34,940 nucleotides of DNA from Sphaeroforma arctica JP610 (taxonomy: Eukaryota). The position numbers were made by a program, and so were the translations under genes. This document shows positions 1 to 22,000 of this stretch, piece by piece. The stretch covers positions 119,786-154,725 of the forward strand of contig NW_014040525.1 of assembly GCF_001186125.1 (NCBI RefSeq), written 5' to 3'. Each line of letters begins with the position of its first letter. The first letter of the stretch is position 1. The notes below the pieces were generated by a model. The model saw nothing but the letters and a program-made list of their open reading frames with translations. It had not been told where the DNA came from and did not search any database.

Positions 1-80
1 ATATATACTTTATATATACATTTATATATATGCATATACATTGTTACAATCTTACGTCTCTTGCTCGTCCTCCCTTTCAG

Positions 81-277
81 GTGTGATTGGGGGTTTCCTC
101 TCCTTCTTCCTGGGTTTCTTCGCTTCTCAGAACCACACCTGTTTTTTTAGTCAGTACCAGCTATCGTGCTCTCTGCAAGACCATATCAGCTTCACCGAAG
201 GACCGAGCACTCTGCATAGTGCGATATACGAACAGAGCAAACATCACAGGCTACACCGGGCTCACTCCTGTTTATAA
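81..277 (+). CDS. Possible terminal exon of an upstream gene with a hydrophobic segment
   Basis: A polypyrimidine tract and tttcag| after a TA tract, then GVIGGFLSFFLGFFAS. No family recognised. Confidence 0.25.
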
Positions 278-1881
278 TATGGCCAATTTATTCATGTCGT
301 TGAAAGCCACGCACAAACCTCATACTGTGAGCGAATCGAAGCGCATGACGATCATCAATATTGATGAAGGCGAAAATGCGTTCAAAGAGGTCGTTGCCTG
401 AATCATCAAGAGAATCAATAGCGCCCGGGAAGAGAACCTGACAGATGAGCAATTCGCGGCAGAAATGACAGAGAAAGCTCTGCGATTTTCGCGGGTCCGT
501 CGGTGCCCTATTCGATTACGTATCCCAGCCTATCAGTTTCTTCTACATTCACTTTGTGTGCGAGGTGTCCGCGTTTTACCTACCCCTATTCGCCACTGCC
601 ATGGCATTTAGCACTGGAGGATCGGATGTCTATTGGACATGGGATGTAGTGGGTGGGTGTATTGTGGCGCTGCAGTGCACATTTGTTGTTGGCCTGCGTG
701 TATTAAGTCAGAAGCTGGCAGACCCATATTGTGGGACATAGAAGACTCCTGTGTCATAAAGCTTTGTCATAGGTGCATCCGCAATCAGTAATAGAATTGT
801 GAATTTTCAGTTCCTACCAGAAGTGGATAGTGAGTTAGAGAATATTATTCGTACTCAATCTTTCCAGGTGGGTGCTGCTAGGGGTGAGTAATATCTACTC
901 ACGCCTCGGGATTAATTTCAGTTCACAACCTACGGTGACAAGGTACTGAATAAAACAATCAGTATACCATTTTTTTAAAGTTCGATACAAGAATGATGAA
1001 CGCACGATCACGAATTTAACATAGTTTTCCATGTATAAGTTTTAAGTATAGCGACAGGCGTCAGATTAAAAGGCCGCGGTTCTCCATATACGCATATATA
1101 GTACGCCGACAAGCAGTGAATACAAATAAAAGCTGAAAGCAGTGAAAGGTCATATAGAGTTGCAATTATTTTGAGGTACCTACCGGTGATCAGGGATTAA
1201 AACCGATTGCTGCAGACGACATACATAAAGCATATGATGCATCTAGCAGGGAACGAAATTATGCGATTTATTGCGGTTGGTTAATCAGCGAGATTTAATA
1301 TGGTAAACGGCGGCCTAATTAAAAGGAGTTGTGTATTTGAACATCGATGTAACTGGCAGAATCATTATAAAAGGACAGGTGACGCAAGCAATCTGCAACT
1401 GACCTGCAGCAAGGTGCAATGCAAGCTCAAAGAACTTGTCTACCAGAGCAACAGAACCAAAGCACTTCTTTTTGAAAGTGATCGAGGCATGTCCATTCTG
1501 ATGCTATGACGGGTGAAGTTGCGACTATGGTACATATGAAAACCCCCTATAATTCATATGCTTCAAATTTCAGACGCGATATTTATTTGTGAAGCTAGTG
1601 TTGCCAAGCCGCATCATTCATGGGAATACTCGTGACTACTAATGTGCTTCTGCTTGCAAATACGTCTTAACATAAACAACACGCTTTGTCGACTGGCACT
1701 ACTAGTTCACTGCTGGAGTACTTGTTTATGTTTGCAAATATGCCTGCACATATTTAAACAACACGTTATATCAACTATCATTTTGCAATGGTGGTTATTT
1801 CAATGGTTCGCGCTAGGAGACCTTCTTATGATTGATAGGTGCATGCGCGAAACACTGAATGTTGCATGAAAAAAAATTTAC

Positions 1882-11085
<9,204 letters not shown>

Positions 11086-13924
11086 TCTGACCTCGTTTAT
11101 CTCGCTACCCTAATAAGAATAGTTCAGTTGTGTATCGAAGGTAGAGCAACTATTCGACGCCACTGTTTGAGTATTACCAGAGCCCTATAGCTCAGAAATC
11201 ACCATGTAACTTGTCCTAAAATACACACCAACAACTTTGTCAATATGAACAGTATGATGTATGACGCAAATTTATATAAAATAATAAATACATATTTTAA
11301 AAAATTGTCCGCGCGGTGGCGCGGTGGCGGCGGTGTTCAGCGTTCACGTTTTCCGTTTTTGTTGTTATTGTGAACTTCTTGTGACTCATGTGACTGATGT
11401 CAACTGATGAATGAGCAGAGAGAGAGTAAATATTTAAATATTGGAGACTAGTCAGCAGGTCAGTAGTCACTCTACTAGTGGTCTTCTGCGCTTGTTCAGA
11501 CATAGCCTTCTGAAATGTCTAATTTTCAGATCTTGTGCGTATTTTTCTTGATTTTTTTAGATCACAGGGGGAAGTTGGGAAAGCTTTCAAAAATAAAATC
11601 GCAGAAGGGAGTACATAAATATGTAGGGACTTTTATAATTTACTATATACATATATAAATACTTTGCAGTCAAATCTCCTGGCTATTATGTAGTCAAAAT
11701 TAACTAGTTAACCTTGATGGCAGTCCGGAAAATTTTGGCATGGGTCGGTATTTTTTTACACACATAGATTTCCGATAAGCTAAACAGTGAGTGATTAGTT
11801 CTCTCTACGTTACAATTTACACCATGAATAATTTTTAAAGTCAAAGCATATGTGAGTGAAGCAAACTGAATCATCCATTCAATAGGAGGGCCCCTAAAAA
11901 GACAACTGAGGGTCTATGAGATTATTGTCGCCTTCGATCCATCCTTGTATAACAGATTATATACCCAATACAAGCGGACAGCCGCACATAAATAAGATAA
12001 AGATAAAGTGGAAGACGATGATAGCCACGACACAATTGAGACTTACATAGCTTGAGTACAAAACAATTAAGTACAAAACAATTAAATATGTATGGCCACG
12101 AGACTAGTCTTCTCTGGTTAGTAGTCCGGAAAATACACCCTGACGGAGTTGCTGACTATATTTAAATATAGTTTATATAGCAAAAAAATTAAAAATGCAA
12201 ACCATTTTTTATTTAAAAAAAAAGAATATATATATATATATATATAAGCGTAAATTTGAAAATTACTTTTTAAAAAGCCAGGCTGGGTCCATGGGAATGA
12301 TGTATTTACATATTGAAGAAAAAAGTAAAATATTATTTCTGAAAGAGCATTCTGTATTTGCCTGAGTTAAGTATTTATATATAAAAATGATATAAAAATG
12401 TTTATTATGTTAAGAAAAATAGATCGTGGGCTTTGCCTAAAATGTTGAAAAATATTGATCATGGACTTTTAAAATGTTGAACGTAAATTATCAATATTGA
12501 TAGTGGAGAGGCGTGGACTATTTAAAGTCATGTTGAACGTAAATTTGAAATATTGCATTATGCTTTGCCTCTAGAAAAATTAAACGTGAAGTATGATTCT
12601 GCAAACGTTGAGAGGTCAACTAGAGGATAAAAAACGAGCACATTCTACCATAGGAATACGGACTACTTTCGCAAATGTTGCCCCAATCCCAGACTCCCAA
12701 GTCCCAGGGCAGTGGGCAGGCCATGGCCTCAGGCTGACCCGGCTACTACTCTAGTAGTGGCTGAGCCTGGGCATGAGGTGCATTTCTATCAGGATTTATG
12801 ATCGGAATTGTGTTTGGATTTTTTTTGGGGGGGGGATTTTTCTTGCTTTTGTTTTGAATTTTTAAAATTCGCCTCGACTTATTGGTGTAGAGAAAATCCG
12901 ATCATAAATCCGAACATAAATAACATAAATCCGAACCCGTTAAAATACAGTGCCTGAACTCTGAAGTCCAGTCTCTGTCCTCCTGTATCTTGAGAGTTGA
13001 GACTCTACAGTCTACAGTCTACGTCTCTACTAGTCTACGGCACTCACTCTAAACTGAGAGAGAGACTGAGTGCCTGAGGGAGACCTTGTGTTTGTTCGAA
13101 TTTTAAAGATATATTTCTACAAAAACCGGCGCAATAGAAAAAGAGTTTTTTAAATTAAAACAAAACAAAAATAAAGCAATGTATAGTTTTGTTTTATAAA
13201 ATTAAGGAAATAAATATTTGTGAAATGAAATGAAAAGAAATAGTTTGTGGAATTACATTGGTTTTATAATCAAATTATTAATTCAATTTCCAATTCACCA
13301 GTGTAGGATTTTCAAAATAGTCCCGAAAAAATTTTCCGTGTTCATAAAACTATCAATTCCACATAAATACTCCAGGCCGATTGAAATAGAACACACCTCG
13401 CGGTCTCATAGAGTCTCACACGAAATCCCAAAAATGAAATCCAGAGCATTGGGGACCCAATTTCCCAATTGTTTTTGAAAATCGCAAAATAATTTGCTAA
13501 ACGGTTTTTCAATTTCACCTTGATCGAAAATTTCGACCGGTGCAGGAATTTTTTAGCAAACCCTTTGAACCCTTGCGTGGAATCTGCGGATAGTCTAAAG
13601 ATTAGTTTTAAAAAATATCATTAAAAAACAAAAATGGTATAAATTTAGTTTGTTATTTTACAAAAAAAGACAATTACCAAAGTATTATATAATATATATT
13701 GTAATTTTATAAAAAATAATCCAAATATGTATGTACATTAGACAATCGCACCTACTACTCTAGAGAGAAATTTATTTATAAAAATAGCCTCCTAAATTTA
13801 TTATTTAGAAGGCTTAAAAATAGTACATTGGTCTTTTAAAAGTCCACCACTTTGACAGACGCCCGTCAATTATCAACTGGCACGCAACCTTGATTCAATA
13901 TTTACATAACACTTAATCGTCAAC

Positions 13925-14809
13925 ATGACGTCTCAAAGGGGTAGTTTACAAGGGACTATGCCTAGCATACAAGAATATGGTGAAGGTAATCGATACGGCC
14001 AAATACCAGCTAGTTACTCAGAAATCAGTAGCAAGAAAAGGTTTGGTGCGTCACCAGATAATGCGCTAGTAACGCTTCTAAAGAAATCATATAAATTGGC
14101 ACAGAGCAGTGATAAAAAGAAAAAGACTGTGACGAAAATGAAAGATGCTAGCAGCGTAGCTTTCATGAGTACGTCTACACTTTCAGAGAAACAAAATGGA
14201 GATTTAACATCAATGATGTCACGGTCCGGTTCGAGCGATTCGCAGCCAGGGTTGATGGAGATATTGAACTCAAATGGTGCTCTCGCCGAGAAATTGAGGG
14301 CAAAATTGTTGGAATATGCGAAAACAAAGTTTTGTGAAGAGAGCATGCTGCTGTTCTTGCTAGATTACATACTATGGCACCGTGGAAAAGATACAGACGG
14401 TGCAGTAGAAAGGGGACAAGCGATTGTGCATAACTACGTAATCAGCTCGGCAGCATACCAGATCAATATGCAAAAAAGCGCGATTGCATCTGCTGAAAAG
14501 GCCCAGATAGAAGGTCTCAAAACTTCTTTGGCAGACATTGCTTCACAAACAAAAAAGATATTCCGGTTAGGCGTTTTCAAGCCATTTTTAGATAGTGTAA
14601 ATATCGACCAGTTCGATACGCAGTGTTACACAGGGCATATAGCGATCGACCATCGCTCTGTATCTTCCATTATACGTCGATCAATAAAAGAACAAAAGTT
14701 AGGTACAATACATCTGTATAACAGCTATTCATTTGGCTGGAATGAAGCACCTCTGGCCTGCGAAAATAATATTAATTTCATAGTATCTATAATTCGTCGC
14801 AGTGGATGA
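13925..14809 (+). CDS. RGS (regulator of G-protein signalling) domain protein, apparently single exon, 294 aa
   Basis: ATG-initiated ORF. Residues about 110-225 (LMEILNS..LLEYAKTKFCEESMLLFLLDY..AVERGQAIVHNYVISSAAYQINM..QTKKIFRLGVFKPFLDS) follow the RGS-box pattern by eye. Confidence 0.8.
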   Translation: MTSQRGSLQGTMPSIQEYGEGNRYGQIPASYSEISSKKRFGASPDNALVTLLKKSYKLAQSSDKKKKTVTKMKDASSVAFMSTSTLSEKQNGDLTSMMSRSGSSDSQPGLMEILNSNGALAEKLRAKLLEYAKTKFCEESMLLFLLDYILWHRGKDTDGAVERGQAIVHNYVISSAAYQINMQKSAIASAEKAQIEGLKTSLADIASQTKKIFRLGVFKPFLDSVNIDQFDTQCYTGHIAIDHRSVSSIIRRSIKEQKLGTIHLYNSYSFGWNEAPLACENNINFIVSIIRRSG

Positions 14810-15110
14810 CTGTAGCTTCTTCAGAGAGTATGTTTGCACGGATATTAGCAAATAGTCGTGAAAATACACAGTGCAAAGCCGCGAATCCATCGGATGTCGA
14901 TTCTCCCTCCCTTTTTATCGGCGAGAACAGCCTATTAGGAACGAATCACTGGTCCGGATTTCTGTAACCATGTTAAAAGTAATAATAGCTGTTGAAATTA
15001 TGTCGCTGTTACAATTTGGTATACCAAGACCATTTTTCGGACTTAACAAGCATATTTAATACGAAAGATGAATTATAAGCAATGCTATGGATCGATACAT
15101 GTACTCTCAT

Positions 15111-15190
15111 TCATAGTTACAGAAGATCACACGGAGTCAAAATATCGAAGTCATAGTTACAGAAGATCACACGGAGTCAAAATATCGAAG
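15111..15190. repeat. Exact 40-bp tandem duplication
   Basis: tcatagttacagaagatcacacggagtcaaaatatcgaag occurs twice in tandem. Confidence 0.95.
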
Positions 15191-15384
15191 ATTTGTGGAT
15201 GCGAATTCTCAATCAGTCATGTATATACCTATCCATCGATAGGTTCGTATATATGGCCATTGACGTGTGCATTTCAGAATTAAGACAACTTATAATAAAA
15301 TAAGGGGGCGGCTTCTTACCCGGCGCTGGCATGAGTCCAATAGTGCACTTTTAAAGAGTATGTATCACAATCCCAAACACTTCC

Positions 15385-15879
15385 NNNNNNNNNNNNNNNN
15401 NNNNTAGATATATAGATATATATCTATATATATAAAAGTATATGTATATAAATATATATAACTATAAGACTATATATGGATATATCTATACACAAACATA
15501 TATACATACATACATAATAAATATTAAATAAATATAAAGTTACATATGTCTGTGTTGGGCATTGTGATACACACACATATATATGGTCACACATTCAAAT
15601 GTATATTTATATGTATATGTAAGCATATGTAAGTATATGCTGATATATACATTAATAGACATATATATATATATAGATATAAATATATACATATATACAG
15701 ATATATATATATATATTTATATATGTACGTATCTCTATCCATAGGTATAGCTATAGATAGAGATATATATATACATGCACACACACACAAACATATATCT
15801 ATCCGTATATATATATATATAATATAGATAGATATACATATATATGCATACATACATATACAACTTATATATAAAATTG

Positions 15880-15911
<32 letters not shown>

Positions 15912-15945
15912 TTACACACACACACATATATATATATATATATCC
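15385..15945. repeat. Scaffold gap (N 15385-15404) followed by a degenerate TA/CA-rich microsatellite
   Basis: Direct reading. Confidence 0.9.
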
Positions 15946-16069
15946 CTTGTTGTAAAAGATAGACGCAGCACTCCGAAAAAATCAAAGACATTGTTCAATG
16001 CCAAAACAGACCGTCTCTGTAGCTTGGAAGAATACATCAACTGTTTAATATTTACTACACTACTCCTTA

Positions 16070-19000
16070 TCAATACCTCCTACCACCGCTGCCACGGCCA
16101 CCGCTTCCTCCCTGATACCTGTACCCACCCTGTTGTGTACCATTCTGATCAGAATTGTTGCGGTAGCCACCTCGCTCTGGGTTTTGCGGCCGATTAGACC
16201 CCATATTATTAAAATGGTGACCCCCACGCCCACCAGGGCCTCCGGAATAACCCATACTTTGATTATAGCCTGCCCCTGCTTGTCCACCCGAGTGCCTTGA
16301 GTTGCTATAACCACCACCACCACCACTATATCCGTCACGTGGTTGCTGGTAGCTCTGTCCTCCCCGGTTGCTGTGGTGACCTACATATCCTCCGGTCGGC
16401 TGGTTGTACGAATACCTGCCGCCCTGTTGCTGGCTACTATGGCTACCGTAGGTGCTATTGTTATGTCCCCCGCGTGGCGGGTAGTTGCCGTTGTTGTTGG
16501 CCGGGCGCCGTTGATAGCCCGACGTGAAAGCATCTACAGTCAATGATTACGAGTATGAGTGGAAAGTTACATACTGTAATTGACGTACACATGTGCCTAA
16601 GATTCGTGTATAATGATGCATATGTACATTGCGACTGTTTGTATGCAGTGATATTTAACACACAAAATGTACATTCACGTGAGTACGCTATTTGTGCTCC
16701 TCATAGCCTCCTTCCTGATAAGTCAATTACAGCCTACAAAAATTCGCAATCACACCTCAGCTGAACTCAAGCCTTAGTCATAGGTTGATTTACAGACGCA
16801 CGTACTTTCCGCTTTTACATACGCATGTAGCACTTGTTTCTCATAGCCTAGTCCCAATTGGTCACATCACAAACAACTGCATCACTCCAAAGTACATCAT
16901 AAATACTTGTACCTAAATTAAAATCTAGAATTAGAAATAGAATATATACTTGTAAGCGCATACTTGTACATGTTCACTGTTCCTCAGAGCCAGAGCCTTG
17001 AGATACTACTACAGCTTACAACGATATTTTATGATACAGTGAGTATAGCATATCCCAATTCCTACGTCTCAATCTATACCAAAATCATCTAGGGGGATGT
17101 CACATAAAAACAAACAATACATCTGCATATGAATAAAACACATACTCTGCACTTCCACATGTGTGTGCTGCATTTGTTCCTCGTAGCCCGGACCCTGCTG
17201 GAAGTTCCTTCCACCACCGCCCATCTTATGGAAGTCCACCTGATTCTGTCGACCGCCCTGGTTGCCATGGTTACCATACCCTCCACGATCTCCTCCACCT
17301 CTTCCCCTACCACCGCGACCACGACCACGTCCTCTGCCGCGACGTGCCGCTCGAGACCCTCCTAAACGCGCCAGTTCTATATCGGAAGGCCCGGTCTTTT
17401 TCTCGGGAAAGTTGACCCCAGGCAGGATGAGTGACATGGAATAGTCTGGGTTGTCGAGCTTGGGGTTCTCGTAAGTCACGCTGATGGCGTTGTTAGACTC
17501 GATGTTCGGCAGACCTTCGCCCGTGAGAGGGGAGTAGTACACGCTGAGATGGGGAGAGAAAATTAGAAATAGATGAGCAATGGTGAAGTTCGCAGATGGA
17601 GGCCAGTAGAGCTAAAGGGGAACGGCACACAATTATGGTTATGCAGCCCAGCGTGAATGTACATTCACTAAGAAGCGGGTGCTGGTATCGTCAAGTATGA
17701 TATCATTCACATCAGCACATGATTTTACAATAGGACACATGCTTTTGTATAGGTCCATGTGTACCAATACGTAACTCGGATCGAACAAGAAGGAAACGAG
17801 AACAAAAGCAGAGTAATAGCCCAGTAAACGCTCAGACACGATTGTCACTAGGCATGTATTTTGTGTACATACATTAACGAGGTTCACAACCTTAAGAAAA
17901 TTGAAAAAAACACATATGTATACCTCCCGCTTAGAACAGACTCGGGAGACATACCAATCTGTCAGGTCGTAACCTCTGATCAATCTTCAGCGATACATCG
18001 GTCTACACGACTTCGTACATCTCACATTGAATCGGTCCTAACAAAATACATATATATATATATACATTACTACACACATCCATCCATCCTACACACATGT
18101 AGCACGAGGAAAATGCCCCCGAATAATATGGGAAAATATACATACCTCCCCGGCAGCACAGCCTCGGGATCCTTGCCAATCAGCCCGGTCATGCCCTGGG
18201 CCACTGCTGGGACAATTTGCAGTGTCACGTCGTTTTCGGGGATCTCGTACACTTTACAGAACGAATCAAAGGCCGTGCTTCGACCGCCACACATCACATA
18301 ATCCGTGCCCAGAGTGTTGCGTTTTATCTCGTCCTCATTAAGTGTGTCGTACACGTCTTTCAGCGCCTCTCTGAGCCTGCTTTCGTCCATAAAGGGTAGC
18401 AGTACCACACCCATCCACTCGAAGCGTTTGCCGTTCATGTCGACCTTGAAATCTGTGGGATAGAAGTCCAAGATGGGAGAGTCGGACTTCCACATGAGGT
18501 TGGACCATGTTTCGGGCAGGAAACGCTTACCGCTGGAGGCGGGTAACACACCCATCAGCTGCTCGAGGGCCTTGAAGGGCTTGCTTCCGGGCTCGAATTC
18601 CACCCGCTCCTGTAAGTAGGTGTTGAATGTTATACAAGTTTATAAGATATAGATATCGATATCGATATAGATATAAGTGTAAGTATAAGTAAACGTGTTC
18701 CAACTGCTGTATAACCGTCAGAATATATGAACAAAACTGACTATCAAGTGTCATGTGCTATTGGAGATATACGTGGGTCTATGATACCCATTGGCCCATA
18801 AATAAAACCGGATACTCGTTTTTCGGAATGGTCCATCAAGCAGAAAAGATACCGCATTTGAATCAAAATACTTTGGAGCAATATCTAATGCGAACATCTA
18901 GTCTTAGTACGGAAAGTACCAATGCCACGAACAGAAGCTCATGAAATGAAAAGTCAACACACAGCACGTACCAAAAATCAATGTGAAAACACGGCTGCAC

Positions 19001-22000
19001 CCTGACTGTGACGCATGCTCGAATCAAAGCAGTGTCACAACTTGAAAATATCTTAATTGTTGCACAAGTAATATCCGATGCGAAAGGTGAGTAAAAGCAC
19101 CGAAAATGTCACGATTTACACCCCCAGAAGTCACAAGCCAGCACCCAACACAGAACTACGAGTAAACAACTGGAACAACTATATATGTAAATTCAAAGGA
19201 ACGCACACTAGTATATTGAAAAAATACCTTAATTGTTGCCCGAGCGATATCCGATGCGAAAGGCGAGTAATGGTACGGGAAATACCACGTCCACGACTTA
19301 CACCCCAAGAAGTAATAACTCAACACCCAACACAAGCCATCCATGAAGCTCTGCGAAAGCGCATTCACATGCTCCATATCATCGGCCGTGGTCTGGAACT
19401 TGTTTCTATAGTAACGGTCTTTCCACCCGGGTTCGTGCATGCGGACGTTGTCCTCTGGTTCACCCTCGTCACTGTCATCGTCTGGCGCCTTGCGCTTCGT
19501 TCCCTCAGTTGGAAGGTTCTCGTCCGCCCCAGGGACGGTTGTGTCAATGACTCGGATGCTGTCTGTCGAGACAGAGGATTGGTCATCGCTGTATGTAGAG
19601 AGATATACAAGGATAAATTCAGGTATGGGAACGATTTAGATATAAATTGGAAGCAATCTTTACAATAAACGACAGTTATTTTCGAACTGTCCAGCTTTTT
19701 GCACAAAAATATAGGGGGTGCTACCATGGAACCAAAAATCTCAATTTGTAGAGAATCGAAGAACTATCAATATATATATAGATATATAGATATATAAATA
19801 AATATACATATAAATATACATATACATATAAATATGCTTACACATACACACACATATTTATACATACGCATATACATATACATACATACATACACACATA
19901 CAGATACAAGAACAGGTATAGATATATACAAACTTACGTGAGTGACTTCTTAAGCGCAGCCGCAGCCGCCTTATTGGCATTTTCGGGTTTGCTCTGTTCA
20001 CGTTCTTTCATCGCTTCAAAAGCCGACTTCACCAGTCCCTTGTTCTCAGAGGGCGCATTTACTGGTTTGGCCTCGAATCCCTCCGCTGTTCCAAAAATGG
20101 ATTATAAACAAGATAAACAGAACGTCTTCATCAGATGTGTACTACTATGTACTCGTGTATGGGGTGGTGGCATAATTTGCCAATTTGCGCGAGAGTCCAC
20201 CCGACAGCAAGCAAATAATGGCCGCTCTGCATTTTATGATCACAGCTCCTACAAACGATTCAGATCTATTTCTGGCTGCCAACAAAGCATGTGGTATACT
20301 GACAACAAAATAGCCAGTACGTCAAAGATGCTGCTCTAGCCTACCAATACACACATCACATGGGTACATTCTGGTTTTATCCTGTGAGACCAACTGACAT
20401 TATACTCTTTCACCAGACGGAAACACGATTTCAGCCCACATGATCAATCACTTGACTGAAAGTGCAACAAGGCAACACGGAAATATGCTAATGGGTACGA
20501 AATGATTTTTTGTGCAGCCGATACGTACAAATGTGAATGTGAATGTGAATACGATCTATATATATATATATATAAAGATAAATATATATATATCGATAGA
20601 TATAGATATAGATATAGATATAGTTATAGATATAGATATAGATAGATATATAAATATTATGCAGATGTGTAGATAGGCAAAGCTAACACTGGTAAACATA
20701 CCTAACGCTATATATTGTTCACCCTCAGCCAATTTCTTGCGTTTCTTATCCGCCTTCTTTTGATTGCGGCGGTTACGGTTACGGTCTTCTTCCTCTTTTC
20801 GTTGCTGGCGAGATCCGAATTCCAAAATTTGTGCATACAATTAAAATCGGGAAATGCCAAATATATTGCGACTCTAAATACAATTCTTTGTGTGTGCAAC
20901 AAACGCAAAGCAAATCAGACCAGACCTCAAATACAGCGAAGACTCACTAGGAGACAAGCGACCTCAAACTCACCAATCACCAAATCAACCCGATTGCACA
21001 ACAGTCATCCGAAACATGTGGTAGCTTACAATCGATAACTCGACAGTACAAATCACCAAAAAGAAAAGAAAAAAAAGTGGCAAATGACAAAACAGACACA
21101 AATCACCCAACACACACCTACAAAAATAAACAAATACTTGAAATAAAAACAGATAATACGAGCCTCCCAAATCCCAATACATACCTTTGAAATACAAATT
21201 TAGCATAAAAATTGAACCCAACCCAACACAGGGTTTAGGTACCTTTAGTTGCTATATAACATGCCTAATGTTTACGGTTTAGGGTCACCTTGACAGCATA
21301 AACTTACCAGATACTCGAAATAAAAATAGATTTGAATCCCCCAGATATCATTACACACCTTAAGAGTACAGATTTAAAATGAAAATTGAAACCAACGCAA
21401 CAAACCTTGAAGATCTCGTCCTCTCGTTCCCCAAGATCCTTGAAGAGGGTCTGCACCCGGTGACAGTTCACGGTCCCATTCTCCGAGATGAACCCCCCCA
21501 ACCTGGGCAAGGCCTTCTTCCAGATGTCTACCAGGAGGTCGATCGCCCCCTCTCGGATTTCCAGCGACGGCATGTGCGGCAAAAAGTCATTGCCCACAAA
21601 GAAGCACATGAAGACCCAGTCGTCGTACGCACGCTCGACATCGAACGCGAAAGGCAGGCCAGGGACGTAGAGTTCGTCCTCCAGGTACTCACGCAATACG
21701 TTGATGCGGATAAACAAGAACGTCGCCTTGATGTAGATAGGGGGTAGGTTAGGGTCGCGCATCTTGCCCTCACACTGGTCAGGGAAGTGCCCGATATTGC
21801 CACACTTCATGCAGGGTTTCTGGTTCATCGGGAGGACCTCTTCTCTGAGCACGTGGAAGTGAGGCTCGTGCGTGCCCAGGGCCAAGAAAATCAGATCCGC
21901 ATCGGCACCATACAGACAGTGCATGGTGTTGGGGTCGTGCGACGGCCTGGCTCGTTGCTTGCGGATGTAGTCGATGATCTTGTGCTCACCCTCGCCGGGA

